This document shows positions 1 through 12,810 of a DNA stretch of 64,000 nucleotides, one piece after another (the stretch's first letter is position 1; each line of letters begins with the position of its first letter). This stretch comes from Phyllobates terribilis. Its lineage: Eukaryota. Under the pieces are notes generated by a model. That model saw nothing but the letters and a program-made list of their open reading frames with translations, was not told the origin of the DNA and ran no database searches. The position numbers and the translations under genes are program-made. The stretch covers positions 113,646,001 to 113,710,000 of the forward strand of contig NW_027362773.1 in assembly GCF_046119375.1 (NCBI RefSeq), in the 5' to 3' direction.

Positions 1-1887
1 TGAAAACTCCAAAAGTATTCTCGGAGTGATACCTTTATTGGCTAACCAGAAAAAAATATATACATGTAAGCTTTCAGAGCACAGAGGCTCCTTCTTCAGG
101 CTGGATTACAAAAAAAGTAGCTTTACAGACATCATCATCACTGTCCCCATCGGGGCTCACAATCTACTAAATGCTGATAAAGATTTAATCCAATGTGCCA
201 CTGCTGAGAAACTGAGCTTTGAGCCTATATGCCAACTAGCCTGGAATTGCATAAGTGGCAAGTCAATGTCCTACAAGTGTATGGACACAACCCCGATGCA
301 TTTTAGAAAGATATCTTACATACAACTGAAAACTTATCAAACTTTGAATTTTCAGAGACCAGGAAAGAGGAACTAGGTGGATACTAATTTTTTATTTTAT
401 TTACTCATTTTTATAGCGCCATTAATTCCATAGCGCTTTACAGACATAGTCATGTTAGTGAACAAACTTTTTGCTACCAATAAAGTACAATTGTCCAAAA
501 TGACTAAGAATGGTGCCTTATACGCCGGGGCAGTGGGCAAGAGTTGGACAAAATTTATTAAAAAGTCACAGACCACTAAATAAATTTGGCGCAGTTTGAA
601 TTCTCAGACGGGCGAAACATTTTAATGTGTTTGCTATGAGCCGACATCGATTTGTGTCACTAGAATTACTACATTTGATGAGGAGAAAAATTGCAAAAAT
701 TATGCAAATTCGTCACAGATTCTAATACCATATTTAAAGGGGGGAAAATTTACCACTGAGATACATTCAGCCTTTGCAGGGCAGAACTATTGTTTACTGT
801 CAGAATTCTTAGTGCCATATCTGCCTTGACTCTCAATCATGGTATTATCAGATCAGATATGTCTTTCATAGACCGAACCAAAGAAATAAAAGGAGTTTTC
901 TGTCTTTCCAGATATTTATGGGATATCCATACCTTAGAATGTAGATTAGGGGACAAGAAATTAAATGCTAAAAATACAATAAAAGAGATAAGCAATTCAA
1001 TATGTACTGCCCTGGTCCGGTGTCCAACCTGGTCCTCCATAATAATAATAATCTTTATTTATATAGCGCCAACATATTTCGCAGCGCTTTATAATACACT
1101 CCATGGCACCTGCTTGGCACCCTTGGCAGAGATCCTTCTCTAAAGTCGTATACTTTTTCCCCTGCATGACATTGACCATTAATATGCAGGAAGCGTCATT
1201 CGGTGGAAAAAAGAACAGCCCCTTTCCCCCCCAGAAGGTTGGAAGAACATGCCCTCTCCTTTGAGACATGTAATGATAGAAAGCTCTGATCTCTGCAGCT
1301 ACTGCATAGTTTACAGCAGAGCTGAGTGTAATTACTAACACTTCCAGCTTTCATCTCAGGGCAGTCAGTGTGGGAGAAGTGGGATACAGCAGAGCAGCGT
1401 GTCATTACAAACACATCTTGTAGCTTTCATCTCACAGCAGTCAGTGCAAGGAAAGTAGAGCTGAGCTAAATGTGATAAACACCGCTGCAGCTGTCCTTCC
1501 ACAGCACTGTCAGCTCAGCAGAATACACCCACCCATACTGACTGCCATGAAATGAAAGCTGAAGATGTTTGTAATCACACTCAGCTCTGCACTACGCAGT
1601 ATCTGCAGAAATCAGGCCTGCCTGTTATTACATGTTTTGCAGGAGAATGCATGTTCTTCTGACCTTTTGGGGGCTTTTTTCTCCCCTGTATGATGCCTGC
1701 TGCTTATAATTGGTCAACATGAATTTAAATAATTCAAAAATCGACAAAAGTACATAATACCAAACCAAGAGAACTAAAAATAACTGAACTGTGCAAAAAT
1801 ATAAGGCATTACATAAGGATTAAATATGAAAAGGAACAAATTAAAAAGTGACCAGTAGAAAAGATGGTGGCAACGCAACAGAATAAA

Positions 1888-2024
1888 TTAAAGGGGTTGT
1901 CCGGTGTAAAATGATAAGTCTGCAGTCACTCTGTGTGACTGCAGACTTATGAATCCACACAGCTGAGCCAGAAACTGAAGGGGTGACTGCAGGCTTATCA
2001 ACTTAGACCGGACAATCCCTTTAA
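1888..2024. mobile_element. T2/Kolobok-type MITE
   Basis: TTAA-aggggttgtcc...ggacaatccct-TTAA. Confidence 0.7.
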
Positions 2025-2643
2025 ATGTAAATAAGGTGGCGATTTCACAGTGCCATATGCATATATCAAGCATTTATCATGGTAGAAACATTTATCGTAA
2101 TATAGGCAAAGTGCCAAGTGCAAAACAATTATTATCATGCACCGCTGTAAACACTAATGATTAAATACTGGAAACATAACACACAAATCTATTTGTGGCC
2201 AAAACCAAAATCAATAGTAACACTATTTATTTTGGCCTTTACTATTTCATTGTATGATTGGTGTTAATATTTACTTAGATTTATGTGTGATACGTGTCCA
2301 GTATTTAATCATTAGGGCTCGCTCACAAGAGCGTATAACTCGGCCCAGTGTTATTCTATTGGGAAGCTCAGATCTACGATTATTTTCTCATGCCGATTCG
2401 GCATGAGAAAACAATCGATTGGCTGCAAGACTCGGCTCACACATACTGTACCCATAAAAGTCTACTGTATGGGTGCATGTGAAACATTGAACGGCACTCT
2501 GATGGCATTCGAGTGCAGTGTGATTACTGAGGACGCCGGCAATTGGAGAAATTACTTTCTCACTCTTCTCTGGACCTGTGCTGCGATTCTCTCATGCGAG
2601 AGAATTGGAACACAGTCCACTGACACTTGGATCAAACTCTGAC

Positions 2644-4760
2644 AGCTCAGCAGACAAGAGCGCACGGCAGCTCAGCAGACAGGAGAGCACGGCAGCCCAG
2701 CAGACAGGAGCGCACGGCAAACCCAGCAGACAGGAGCGCACGGCAAACCCAGCAGACAGGAGCGCACGGCAAACCCAGCAGACAGGAGCGCACGGCAAAC
2801 CCAGCAGACAGGAGCGCACGGCAAACCCAGCAGACAGGAGCGCACGGCAAACCCAGCAGACAGGAGCGCACGGCAAACTCAGCAGACAGGAGCGCATGGC
2901 AAACCCAGCAGACAGGAGAGCACAACAGCCCAGCAGACAGGAGCGCACGGCAGCCCAGCAGACAGGAGAGCACGGCTGCCCAGCAGACAGGAGAGCACGG
3001 CAGCCCAGCAGACAGGAGTGCACGGCAAACCCAGCAGACAGGAGTGCACGGCAAACCCAGCAGACAGGAGCGCACGGCAAACCCAGCAGACAGGAGCGCA
3101 CGGCAAACCTAGCAGAAAGGAGCGCACGGCAAACCTAGCAGAAAGGAGCGCACGGCAAACCCAGCAGACAGGAGAGCACGGCAAACCCAGCAGACAGGAG
3201 AGCACGGCAGCCCAGCAGACAGGACAGCACGACAGCCCAGCAGACAGGAGAGCACGGCTGCCCAACAGACAGGAGAGCACAGCAGCCCAGCAGACAGGAG
3301 AGCATGGCAGCCCAGCAGACAGGAGCGCACGGTAAACCCAGCAGACAGGAGCACACGGCAAACCCAGCAGACAGGAGCGCACGGCAAACCCAGCAGACAG
3401 GAGCGCACGGCAAACCCAGCAGACAGGAGCGCACGGCAAACCCAGCAGACAGGAGCGCACGGCAAACCCAGCAGACAGGAGCGCACGGCAAACCCAGCAG
3501 ACAGGAGCACATGGCAAACCCAGCAGACAGGAGCGCACGGCAAACCCAGCAGACAGGAGCGCACGGCAAACCCAGCAGACAGGACAGCACGGCTGCCCAG
3601 CAGACAGGAGAGCACGGCTGCCCAGCAGACAGGAGAGCACAGCAGCCCAGCAGACAGGAGAGCACGGATGCCCAGCAGACAGGAGCGCACGGCAAACCCA
3701 GCAGACAGGAGCGCACGGCAAACCCAGCAGACAGGAGAGCACGTCAAACCCAGCAGACAGGAGAGCACGGCAAACCCAGCAGACAGGAGCGCACGGCAAA
3801 CCCAGCAGACAGGAGCGCACGGCAAACCCAGCAGACAGGAGCGCACGGCAAACCCAGCAGACAGGAGCGCACGGCAAACCCAGCAGACAGGAGCGCACGG
3901 CAAACCCAGCAGACAGGACAGCACGGCTGCCCAGCAGACAGGAGAGCACGGCTGCCCAGCAGACAGGAGAGCACGGCAGCCCAGCAGACAGGAGAGCACG
4001 GATGCCCAGCAGACAGGAGCGCACGGCAAACCCAGCAGACAGGAGCGCACGGCAAACCCAGCAGACAGGAGAGCACGTCAAACCCAGCAGACAGGAGAGC
4101 ACGGCAAACCCAGCAGACAGGAGCGCACGGCAAACCCAGCAGACAGGAGCGCACGGCAAACCCAGCAGACAGGAGCGCATGGCAAACCCAGCAGACAAGA
4201 GCGCATGGCTGCCCAGCAGACAGGAGTGCACGGCAGCCCAGCAGACAGGAGAGCACGGCAGCCCAGCAGACAGGAGCGCACGGCAAACCCAGCAGACAGG
4301 AGCGCACGGCAGCCCAGCAGACAGGAGCACACGGCAAACCCAGCAGACAGGAGCGCACGGCAAACCCAGCAGACAGGAGCGCATGGCAGCTCAGCAGACA
4401 GGAGTGCAAGGCAGCCCAGCAGACAGGAGCGCATGGCAGCCCAGCAGACAGGAGCACACGGCAAACCCAGCAGACAGGAGCGCACGGCAAACCCAGCAGA
4501 CAGGAGCGCACGGCAAACCCAGCAGACAGGAGCGCACGGCAAACCCAGCAGACAGGAGCGCATGGCAGCTCAGCAGACAGGAGCGCACGGCAGCCCAGCA
4601 GACAGGAGTGCACGGCAGCCCAGACAGGAGCGCACGGCAGACCAGCAGACAGGAGCACACGGCAGCTCAGCAGACAGGAGCACACGGCAGCTCAGCAGAC
4701 AGGAGCACACGGCAGCTCAGCAGACAGGAGCACACGGCAGCTCAGCAGACAGGAGCGCAC
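2644..4760. repeat. Minisatellite, 25-26 bp unit (cagcagacaggagcgcacggcaaacc / cagcagacaggagagcacggcagcc), about 80 copies
   Basis: Tandem units directly visible. Confidence 0.97.
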
Positions 4761-5716
4761 TTATAGGTACGTTATAGGTCGCCTCCCTCCCTTTGATGCA
4801 GGATCTGGAGCTGAGCCCCCAAGCACATGACAGCTGATCTGATTAGCTGCCATGTGCCCCTAACAGCTACAGGTGTTGAAGATCACAGCTTCAAGTCTCC
4901 TATGGGAACTACTGAAGCAAGTAAAAAGTGTAAAAAACATGTTTTTAAAAATATAAAAAAAATATAAAAAGTTAAAATCGCCACCCTTTTGCCTCATTCA
5001 AAATTAAATAATAATAAAAAAACACATATTTAGAATCACCCGATCTATCAAAATATAAAAATAATTAATCCGATCTGTAAACGGCGTAACGAGAAAAATC
5101 AAAACGCCAGAATTGCATTTTTTGGTCACCGCAACAGTGCAATAAAATGCAATAACGGGCGATCAAAACATCGTATCTACCCCAAAATGGTATCAATGAA
5201 ACCGTCAGCTTCATGTGCAAAAAATAAGCTCTCAACCGGCCCCAGATCTCGAAAAATTGAGACGCTTTGGATTTTTTTTTCCACCACTCATATAAAAAAG
5301 AACCTATACATATTTGGTATCTACAAATTCGTAATGACCTGGAGAATCATAATCGCAGGTCAGTTTTAGCATTTAGTGAACATGGTAAATAAAAACCCCA
5401 AAGAACAACTGTGGAATTTAACTTTTATTTGTAATTTCATCGCACTTCGAATTTTTTTGCCGTTTTCCAGTACACGATATGGTAAAATCAATGGTGTCGT
5501 TCAAAAGTACAACTCGTTCCGCAAAAAAACAAGCCCTCACATGGCCATAATGACGGAAAAATAAAAAAGTTATGGCTCTGGGAAGAAGGCAAGCAAAAAA
5601 CGAAAACGCAAAAATGGAAAATCCCAAGGTCGTAAAGGGGTTTTTAAAGAACCTTCCAAACCTAAAAAATATTGTTTTTGTGTCGGACAACCCCTTTAAG
5701 CAAAGCCAGATAAGCA

Positions 5717-7022
5717 TCACTTTAACAGTTTTAGTCTTTTGGCATCCTCCACCTCATTTATGAATCCATCGATTTCCTCTTCTGTTGAGCTGTACAAGAT
5801 TGTACAGAACGTCAGACCCTTTTTACACTTTACGCCCCATTTCGAGGTTGGCTTCATTTTGAATCCGCTTTTTAACATCTCTATTCCTCTTGACGTCTGT
5901 TGGATTTTATATAAAAAATATATCCCGTACTGTAAGAAGAACCGTTGCTTGCAGCTCTTACTCAGATGCTCCACCTCATCACTTAGCTGTGCATATATTT
6001 CCCCTTCATATTCTGCCTGATACTTTTTCCCGTACATATTGGCCAAATCTAGCCGAGCATCCACATTCCAAGGCATCAGCTGAATGGCCAGTGTATACCA
6101 TCTGGAAGCTTCGGCTACTGCCAGTGACTCTTCTTCACTTCGTAGGCGGTATGCTCTATGTCTGTACACATTGCCCATTTCATGAGTCAATTTATGGTAA
6201 TTTGGTGCCATGCCTTTAGCTCTTTGCAAAATTTGAAAACTTTTCTCAAAAGTGATTATTTGGTAAAGCCCCGCTAGAATTCGTAGAACTTCCGGGTTCG
6301 TACATCCTTGGAAGTCATCGACTACCAGTCTACGGGCCCTATTTTTGTCTTTCCTAAGACCCGTGGCTTGCAGCATATCTGCTAGGTATACTCGGGCTTC
6401 CCAGTTTTCTGGATCTCTAAGCACAATTTCATCCAGAAGCCCAATGGCCTGATTTATTACTTCCAAATCTTGAGTGTACACTGCATGAGCATAAATGGAA
6501 TAAGCCAAGCCAACGCTGGAACCGAAATCTGGAGAGATCGCCAAAGCTTTTGTAAAGTATTTTGTAGCCCATTGCCCATTCCTTATCCCTACTTCCAGAA
6601 AGGACCAGCCTTGTTCAGCAAACATCTCGGATGAATGCAGTATACTTTCTGAATGTCTGCTACATAAATCATTAACTTTTTGAAGGTATTCTTCACATTC
6701 TCGAAAGTTGTTGAGGAGGTAGTAGATCCAAGCATAGTTTCCATAAATAGTTATAAGACGATGGTCAAAGAGTGACTCGTGAGCCCTGGCCACAAGCTTC
6801 TCAGCCTCCTGGAGGCATTGCAGAGCCTCGCCGCTCTTCTGCTGTAGATGCAAGAGATAAGCCTTTAGATTATATAACGTCCATAGATTTGTACAGGTCG
6901 AGTGCTGAATCTTCATTTCCAATGTCTGCAATACGTTATCTATGTTGATTTTATCGTTTCTTTCTAGTTTCCAGGTGAACTGGCACGGCAAGCTTTCCAG
7001 TCTGTCTTTGAGGGACTTTCCA
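5717..7022 (-). CDS. IFIT-like gene, main coding exon 2
   Basis: ORF-track 5717..7069 trimmed to the splice acceptor; the first 16 residues of that ORF are intronic polypyrimidine tract. Confidence 0.92.
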
Positions 7023-9397
7023 CTAGAAGTAACAAGAATTAAGACAAAAGATCTTAGAGACAAAAACAAGTCTTTTATTAAAGGGGTTGTCTATTAAGGC
7101 GCTGATTAAAGTCAAAACTGAGGAGTAATAGGAAATAGACATTTCTCGTTGACCGCTCTGCTGGAAAAGAAGTCGTTCCGTGATGCGGTAGTATTTAATA
7201 GTAGCTTAATTTCACCCTTCTCGATTCATCAAAAATGGCATTTTATACGCCAATCTTGAAGAACGCTCTGGAGTAAAATACTCTAAATTCATTAAAAAGG
7301 AGTGCGCCTCTTAAAGAGGTTGTCCACTACTTTTACATTGATGGCTTATCCTTAGGATAGGGCACTAATGTCTGATAGCCCAGGGTCTTATACCTGGGAC
7401 CCCTGCTGATCAGCTGTTGTCGGTGCCGGCAGCAGGAAGTTCTCACTTGCGCAGCTTGGCTGTCTACTTGTAGTTGCCGCCGTGGGGTACTGCACATCCG
7501 CCTCCTATTCAATTCATAGTAAGCCACGGCGGCCACTACAAGTAGACGGCCAAGCTCCGCAAGTAACTACTTCTAGCCGGCGACCACTGTCGGTACCGGC
7601 TGATAGCAGCTGATTGGCGGGGGTGCCTGGTGTCGGACCCTGGCCTATCAGACATTGATGGCTTATCCTTAGCCATCAATGTAAAAGTAGTGGACAACTT
7701 CTTTAATGAACTTGGAATAAATTTCAGCTGTCGTTTGGCAACGTAAGAAATATACTATAGTAAGGGACCACATGTCTGTTGTAATTTATGCCACTTTTTT
7801 TGGGCCTAAATTATGATGAAGTTGTTTTTAAGTCCACAATCAGGTAAGCACCACAAGCTTTCCAAAAAGTTGGTCAAGCTGGCTGGGACTGACATAAAAA
7901 TGCCAGAAGTTACAATGTTTTTGTGCAAATACAAGTAGAGCAAAAAAATTGCGAAATTTGAAGTAATTTTACCCCCAATAAACCATTGAGATATTGTTTG
8001 ATGAATTGGGGGAACAAAATGCACGATACAATTGGTTTTCTATCACATTGATCAAAACCGTAAGTTAGATTTACAAGCCCTAACTATTGGTCTGAGCTCT
8101 AACCTGTCCAAGCTCCATCATCAATCGCCCTTTCTTGGATTTGTAGATGTTAATGTTCATTTTCTCTATAATTGATACAATAATTGTCAGGGTGACTGTA
8201 GTTTTATATCCTGGGGCTAGGGGCTCCTTCTCTATCCCTAAAGTTAGGGACGCCCTAGCTATCCCTGCTCCCGGGATTACTTCTAATGGTGAAGATGCAG
8301 GGGCCACATACCTTGCTGAGCTCCTGAATCAGCCCTTATTTTCCCCTCCCCCACCTAGGGAAGTAAGGAGAAATAGTGTATGTATATACAAAAACCAGAC
8401 AAACATGGAAGGACATACAGGGATAAATTAATATACCAATCATACAAATATACACTCACAGAAAACAGAGGAACACCGGGTAGAAAGTAAAGGGAAATTA
8501 AATAGGAGAGGATGGGAAATTGCACACAGCAGAAACATCAAGCAACAGTCACAGATCAACAGTTCAAAATGCCTCTACCAATAACCGACTCCTGAGCTCC
8601 TCAACAGGCAGTACAAGAGTTAACACTGGCAATCCAGATAGCCAGAGGTGAGTATATATAGGAGAGGGGAGTGACCAATACTTAACAGCTGAGATCATCC
8701 AAGGTGGGAAGCCTCAGAGACTCCAAGCTGAACAGATTAAACCCTGGGGAGTAGTTGTATATAAGTATACACAAACCAGACTAACAAGGGAAGACATACA
8801 GGGATAATGGAAAATACCAATCATACAAATATGCACTCACAAACAACAGTGAGGAACACTGGGGAGTAAAAGGAAAGAATAACCAAATAGGGGAGGATAA
8901 GGATATGCACACAGACAAATCACCACACAATAGTCTTTAGAACACTCTCCAAACACCTCCTCAACAAACACCTCCAACTCCCACCAGGAAGCATGAAACT
9001 AACACTAGCAATCCTGATTACCATAGACGAGCATATATAGCAGAGGGAAGTGGCCAACACTGAACAGCTGAGATCATCCAAGCAGGAAAGCTCAGAGACT
9101 CTCAACTGAACAGAATTAACCCCTGCACTGCTAACAGAAACCTGCACTGTTTAATATGATGGTGAAGTGCTTCTAATCAGTGTAGGAGTATGTGAAATCA
9201 AACACCATGGTCTTCGGGCCCATCTCTGTCGCGGTAAACCTGTGACAATAAAATAGATCTACAAAAATGACAAATCTAAATCTATAAAGAGCAATGAAAT
9301 AAAGAGTGGCAGAAACATTGCCACATTCACAAATCACTAATATAATTCTGACAAATTCTGTACCTTTATTCATATAGTAACATATAAAATACCTCAT
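5717..9397 (-). CDS. IFIT-family (interferon-induced protein with tetratricopeptide repeats, IFIT1/IFIT5-like) gene, 2 coding exons: 9397-9393 and 7022-5717, 436 aa
   Basis: Exon 2 encodes IFIT hallmarks LESLPCQFTWKL, LYNLKAYLLHL, YGNYAWIYY, EQGWSFL and TPR-like repeats. Acceptor tcttaattcttgttacttctAG ends at 7023 and the exon opens with T-GGA, needing a phase-2 upstream exon. Such an exon is at 9397-9393 (cacaATGAG|gtattt). 5+1306=1311 nt = 437 codons, open. A tiny ATG-AG first exon plus one large coding exon is the established IFIT architecture. The specific paralogue cannot be assigned. Confidence 0.9.
7311..7706. mobile_element. T2/Kolobok-type MITE (same family as 48233-48610 and a copy near 20130-20460)
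   Basis: TTAA-agaggttgtccactacttttacattgatggc...atcaatgtaaaagtagtggacaacttct-TTAA. Confidence 0.8.
8185..9247. mobile_element. Solo LTR in the IFIT-like intron
   Basis: Begins TGTCA and ends TGACA; flanked by ATAAT / ATAAA (4 of 5 match, probable target-site duplication); contains an internal duplication (about 8380-8740 versus 8770-9120). Confidence 0.65.
9393..9397 (-). CDS. IFIT-like gene, coding part of exon 1 (ATG AG)
   Basis: Minus strand reads cagcacaATGAG|GTATTT; phase 2 matches exon 2. Confidence 0.8.
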
Positions 9398-9580
9398 TGT
9401 GCTGTTCTTGTGAATATCTGGAAGGAAATAACTGAATTTCTCTTCTTCACAGTTTTCGCCTCGCACTTTGTGCCGATTCAAGCTGTTGTTGTAGGCACAG
9501 ACATGTCTTTTGTACTATAGGTGGAGTTGGTTGCTATCGCTTTATGGGCCTAGAAACACAATGCACTTTGTGGCCATTTA

Positions 9581-9662
9581 CTTATATATAGAACATTTTA
9601 TGACATCATATTTTATTACATGCGAGCTGTAATATTGTTTAAAAGGTGCAAAGTTCTGGGAA
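9581..9662 (-). promoter_or_regulatory. Putative IFIT-like promoter: GAS (STAT) palindrome and TATA-like element
   Basis: TTCTGGGAA at 9654-9662 fits the TTCNNNGAA consensus; TATATAAG on the minus strand at about 9581-9588; both lie upstream of the exon-1 ATG. No perfect ISRE seen. Confidence 0.45.
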
Positions 9663-10005
9663 GTTACAGGTAAATGAGTAACAGCAAGAGGTGCTGTAAT
9701 TTCAATACACTTGAATGAGAAGATTCGGGTTCTGTTCACATCTATGTTGTGGCATCCAGGATAACAGAAGCAGAGATGCAATGCAGGTCATTTTTAGAAA
9801 AATCCCACCAGTCTCCACTAGACCTCATTGATATATAATGGGGTCGGTGGGATTTGGTCCTTTTTAGCATAGCATCTATACCCTAGAACTCAGAAGGGTA
9901 AGGGTACCTGTGCCACAAAACCATCTGTAGAAGCAGGAAGTCCAGGAATTAAAGGGGTTTTCCACTTTTACCAAAGCGGAAGCCAAACGCTCGTAGGCAT
10001 GTAAT

Positions 10006-10573
10006 TGTCACGGATGTGTCGTGGGTGACGGACAGTCGCCCTGCAGTGGGTTGCAGGAGATCTCTACGTTTGGCATTACAGACATCTTCTTAGATAGGAG
10101 GCTGTCTCTAAGACCGAGCGGCTACCTCTCTCTTGCTAATTAGCTCTCTGGCCTAGGTGTATATATACCTGGTGTGTCTGAGAGGGAGTTGCCGGCTATA
10201 TCCATTACTACTTGTGAAGCTTAGCAGGAGCAGTGCTTCGTCCTCTCTGGAGCTTGAGGCCGTGTGCTTATTTGTAGTTCATCTGAAGCTAAGCCATTTC
10301 CCCTGTTTTGTCCACTCTTGTTGTCTATAGAGTTTAGTAGAGGTTGACTAGTGCTCATCTCCTCCCATCCCTAGCCTTAGCCATACGCCAGGGAAAGTCA
10401 GGGAGAGGCACGCGTGCGGCGATTGCTGAAGAGGCAATATAGGGATGGTAGTTGAGACAGGGTGACGCTAGACCAGACTAGGAGGTCTCCACTTCCCCCT
10501 TTCCCTAGTGTCTGGGCTCCCTTTCCCTTTTCCCTCTGTGTTGCACTAAGTCTTCCCCACACCTGGCGTGACA
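10006..10573. mobile_element. Solo LTR (568 bp) with perfect 5-bp target-site duplication GTAAT
   Basis: GTAAT|TGTCAC...GTGACA|GTAAT; interrupts a TTAA-type MITE starting near 9950. Confidence 0.85.
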
Positions 10574-11889
10574 GTAATATAACAAAGCCAGATGTTACTC
10601 ACTCTCCCAGGGTTCGGCGACAGCTATCTGCAACTGTTCATGTGTCTTTATTTTGTCTACAGCGGTCACCTTGACAGCGCACATCACCTTGCACGGTATA
10701 CATCAGCAGAGCCACTGATTGGCTACAGGGGTGATGTGTGCTATCAATGTGACGCAGCCAAAAATACATAGACCAGAGGCACAGAGTGGGTGCTGGATTT
10801 AGAGAGGGCGAGTATCATCTAGCTTTGCTATTCTATATGTCTGAGAGTGTTTGGGGTTCACTTTGCTAAAAACTGCTTTGAGTATCCCACATGTGGACAG
10901 GCCACTGACTGTAGGCTGCTGGGGCACATCATTACATTTTTACATATAATATGTAAGAAGGAGTAAGGCGTTTTGTCCAAAATTTACATTCAGAATTCCA
11001 CTAAACAGAAATAGGACTTCAGCTCAACTAAAAAAAACATGTCGCAGATCTGCAGGAGATGAAGCAACAGAAGATATTTTACCGCTGGAGTGGTGTCACT
11101 AATCTAAGTTCCTTGCCCCTGGTATTATACTTCGAAAATAGTAGGATTTGGTCCGGCACAATCATCCAGGTAAACAAAATTTATTGGAAAACCATTAAAA
11201 CTTTGCTTCCTATGACTAAGGGCGTCATTGTCGCACCAGAAACGAGTCAGGCTTCTTTTAATCTAGTTTTAATGGTTTTTCCAATAAATGTTGTTTTACC
11301 TGGGTGGTTGTGCTGGACCAAATCCTACTATTTTGTACTGTGGCTGTGCTCACCAGCAGCAATTCCACCTCAGCCCATTCAAGATACAGCATGAAGAGCT
11401 GTCAATCAACCCTCCCTTCCCTAATATTATACTTACCAGCTGCCGTCTTCTTCTGTTCTCAGTGCCGCTCCGGTCGTCTTCTGCTGCTTGTGACCTGCCA
11501 GATGGCTCCAGTGTTTGCTGGGCGAGCTGGAGGTCACTTTTCATTGTACGTCTATGAGAGTCAGAACGAGGCGTTCATAGATTTACATTGAGATTTTGTG
11601 ACCGTTAACTCTGATTTATGGGCAGTCAGTAGTTGAGGTCACAAGATGGCAGTGCAGGACCAGAGCGGAGCTGGGAAAAGCTGAAGACAGCGCCTGGCAA
11701 GACTCTGATTTATGGGCAGTCAGTAGTTGAGGTCACAAGATGGCAGTGCAGGACCAGAGCGGAGCTGGGAAGAGCTGAAGACAGCGCCTGGCAAGTAAAA
11801 TGCTAGATGCCGGGTACTTAGATTACGGGCACCACTCCAGTGCTGAAATAAAATAAAAATGCTGGAGTTGTGCACAAGGTAAACGTGAT

Positions 11890-12810
11890 AGCTAAGTGGC
11901 TCGGTGAACAAAATATTGATATTTTGAGTCCATGACAAGGAAACTCCCCAGATCTCAATCCCATTGGTTAATCCTCAAAAAGTGAGTGGACAAACAAAAT
12001 GACACAGAAATTGTGATAAACTCCAAGCACTGATAAGGTAAGAATGGGCGGTCATCAGTCAGGATTTCACCCAGAAGCAGATATTCAGCAGTCAGGGGGA
12101 AGGGCAGAAGTCTTGAAAAATAGGAGTCAACACTGTATATATTGAGTTATTGAATAAACTTGATATATTTGACAATTATAAAAGTGTAAAAACTTATGAA
12201 ATGCCGATAATTGTACTTCAGTAACCAGGGCTGTGGAGGCGGTAAGCCAAACCTCTGACTCCGACTTCACGACTCCCTCATACACGGCTCATGTTTAAGT
12301 GATAAATTTACTGTAGCACAGATTCATCTCAGCTAAAAGTCTAGACCCTTAGATCAGGAATAGGACATTTCATAACTTTCCCAAATTATTATGAAAAAAT
12401 ATTCCCCACAAACTGCATTGAATTACTGTACCCAATGTATTATATATTTTAGGAGTTGGAGTCGATCCATTTTATACCGACTCCACCAAAATGGACACCG
12501 ACTCCATAGCCCTGTCAGTAACCATGGAAACATCTGACTAAGGCCACGGCCCCACTATCATTATTTGGTCAGTATTTTTACTCAGGAGTGGGAACCAAAA
12601 CCAGGAGTGGGTGATAAATGCAGAATTGGTGACTTGTTTCTATTAGACCTTTTCTCTGATTGTTCCTCACCTGGTTTTGGCTCCCACTCCTGAGAAAAAA
12701 TACTGACCGAATACTGACCAAATATGGATAGTGGGGCCATGGCCTAAAAAATATAAAAACACTGAAGACCAAAATTTGGGTCAATCTCAAAACTTTTGGC
12801 CACGACTGTA
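11890..12810 (+). mobile_element. Degraded Tc1/mariner 3' remnant interrupted by two MITEs
   Basis: ggaaactccccagatctcaatcccatt encodes the NSPDLNPI motif; Tc1-like terminus aaacttttggccacgactg-TA near 12810. Confidence 0.6.

Noticed and set aside
1-100. Possible Penelope-like terminal motif (tacctttattggctaacc..aagctttcag..ccttcttcaggc)
   Set aside because: Too short and at the window edge to support as a feature
2578-4830. Many long ORFs (up to 508 aa) on both strands
   Set aside because: Translations of a stop-poor 25/26-bp tandem repeat; no gene structure
7023-7069. ORF-track N-terminus MFLSLRSFVLILVTSS for the IFIT-like protein
   Set aside because: Starts at TTG within the intronic polypyrimidine tract; the ATG-AG exon at 9397-9393 explains the start
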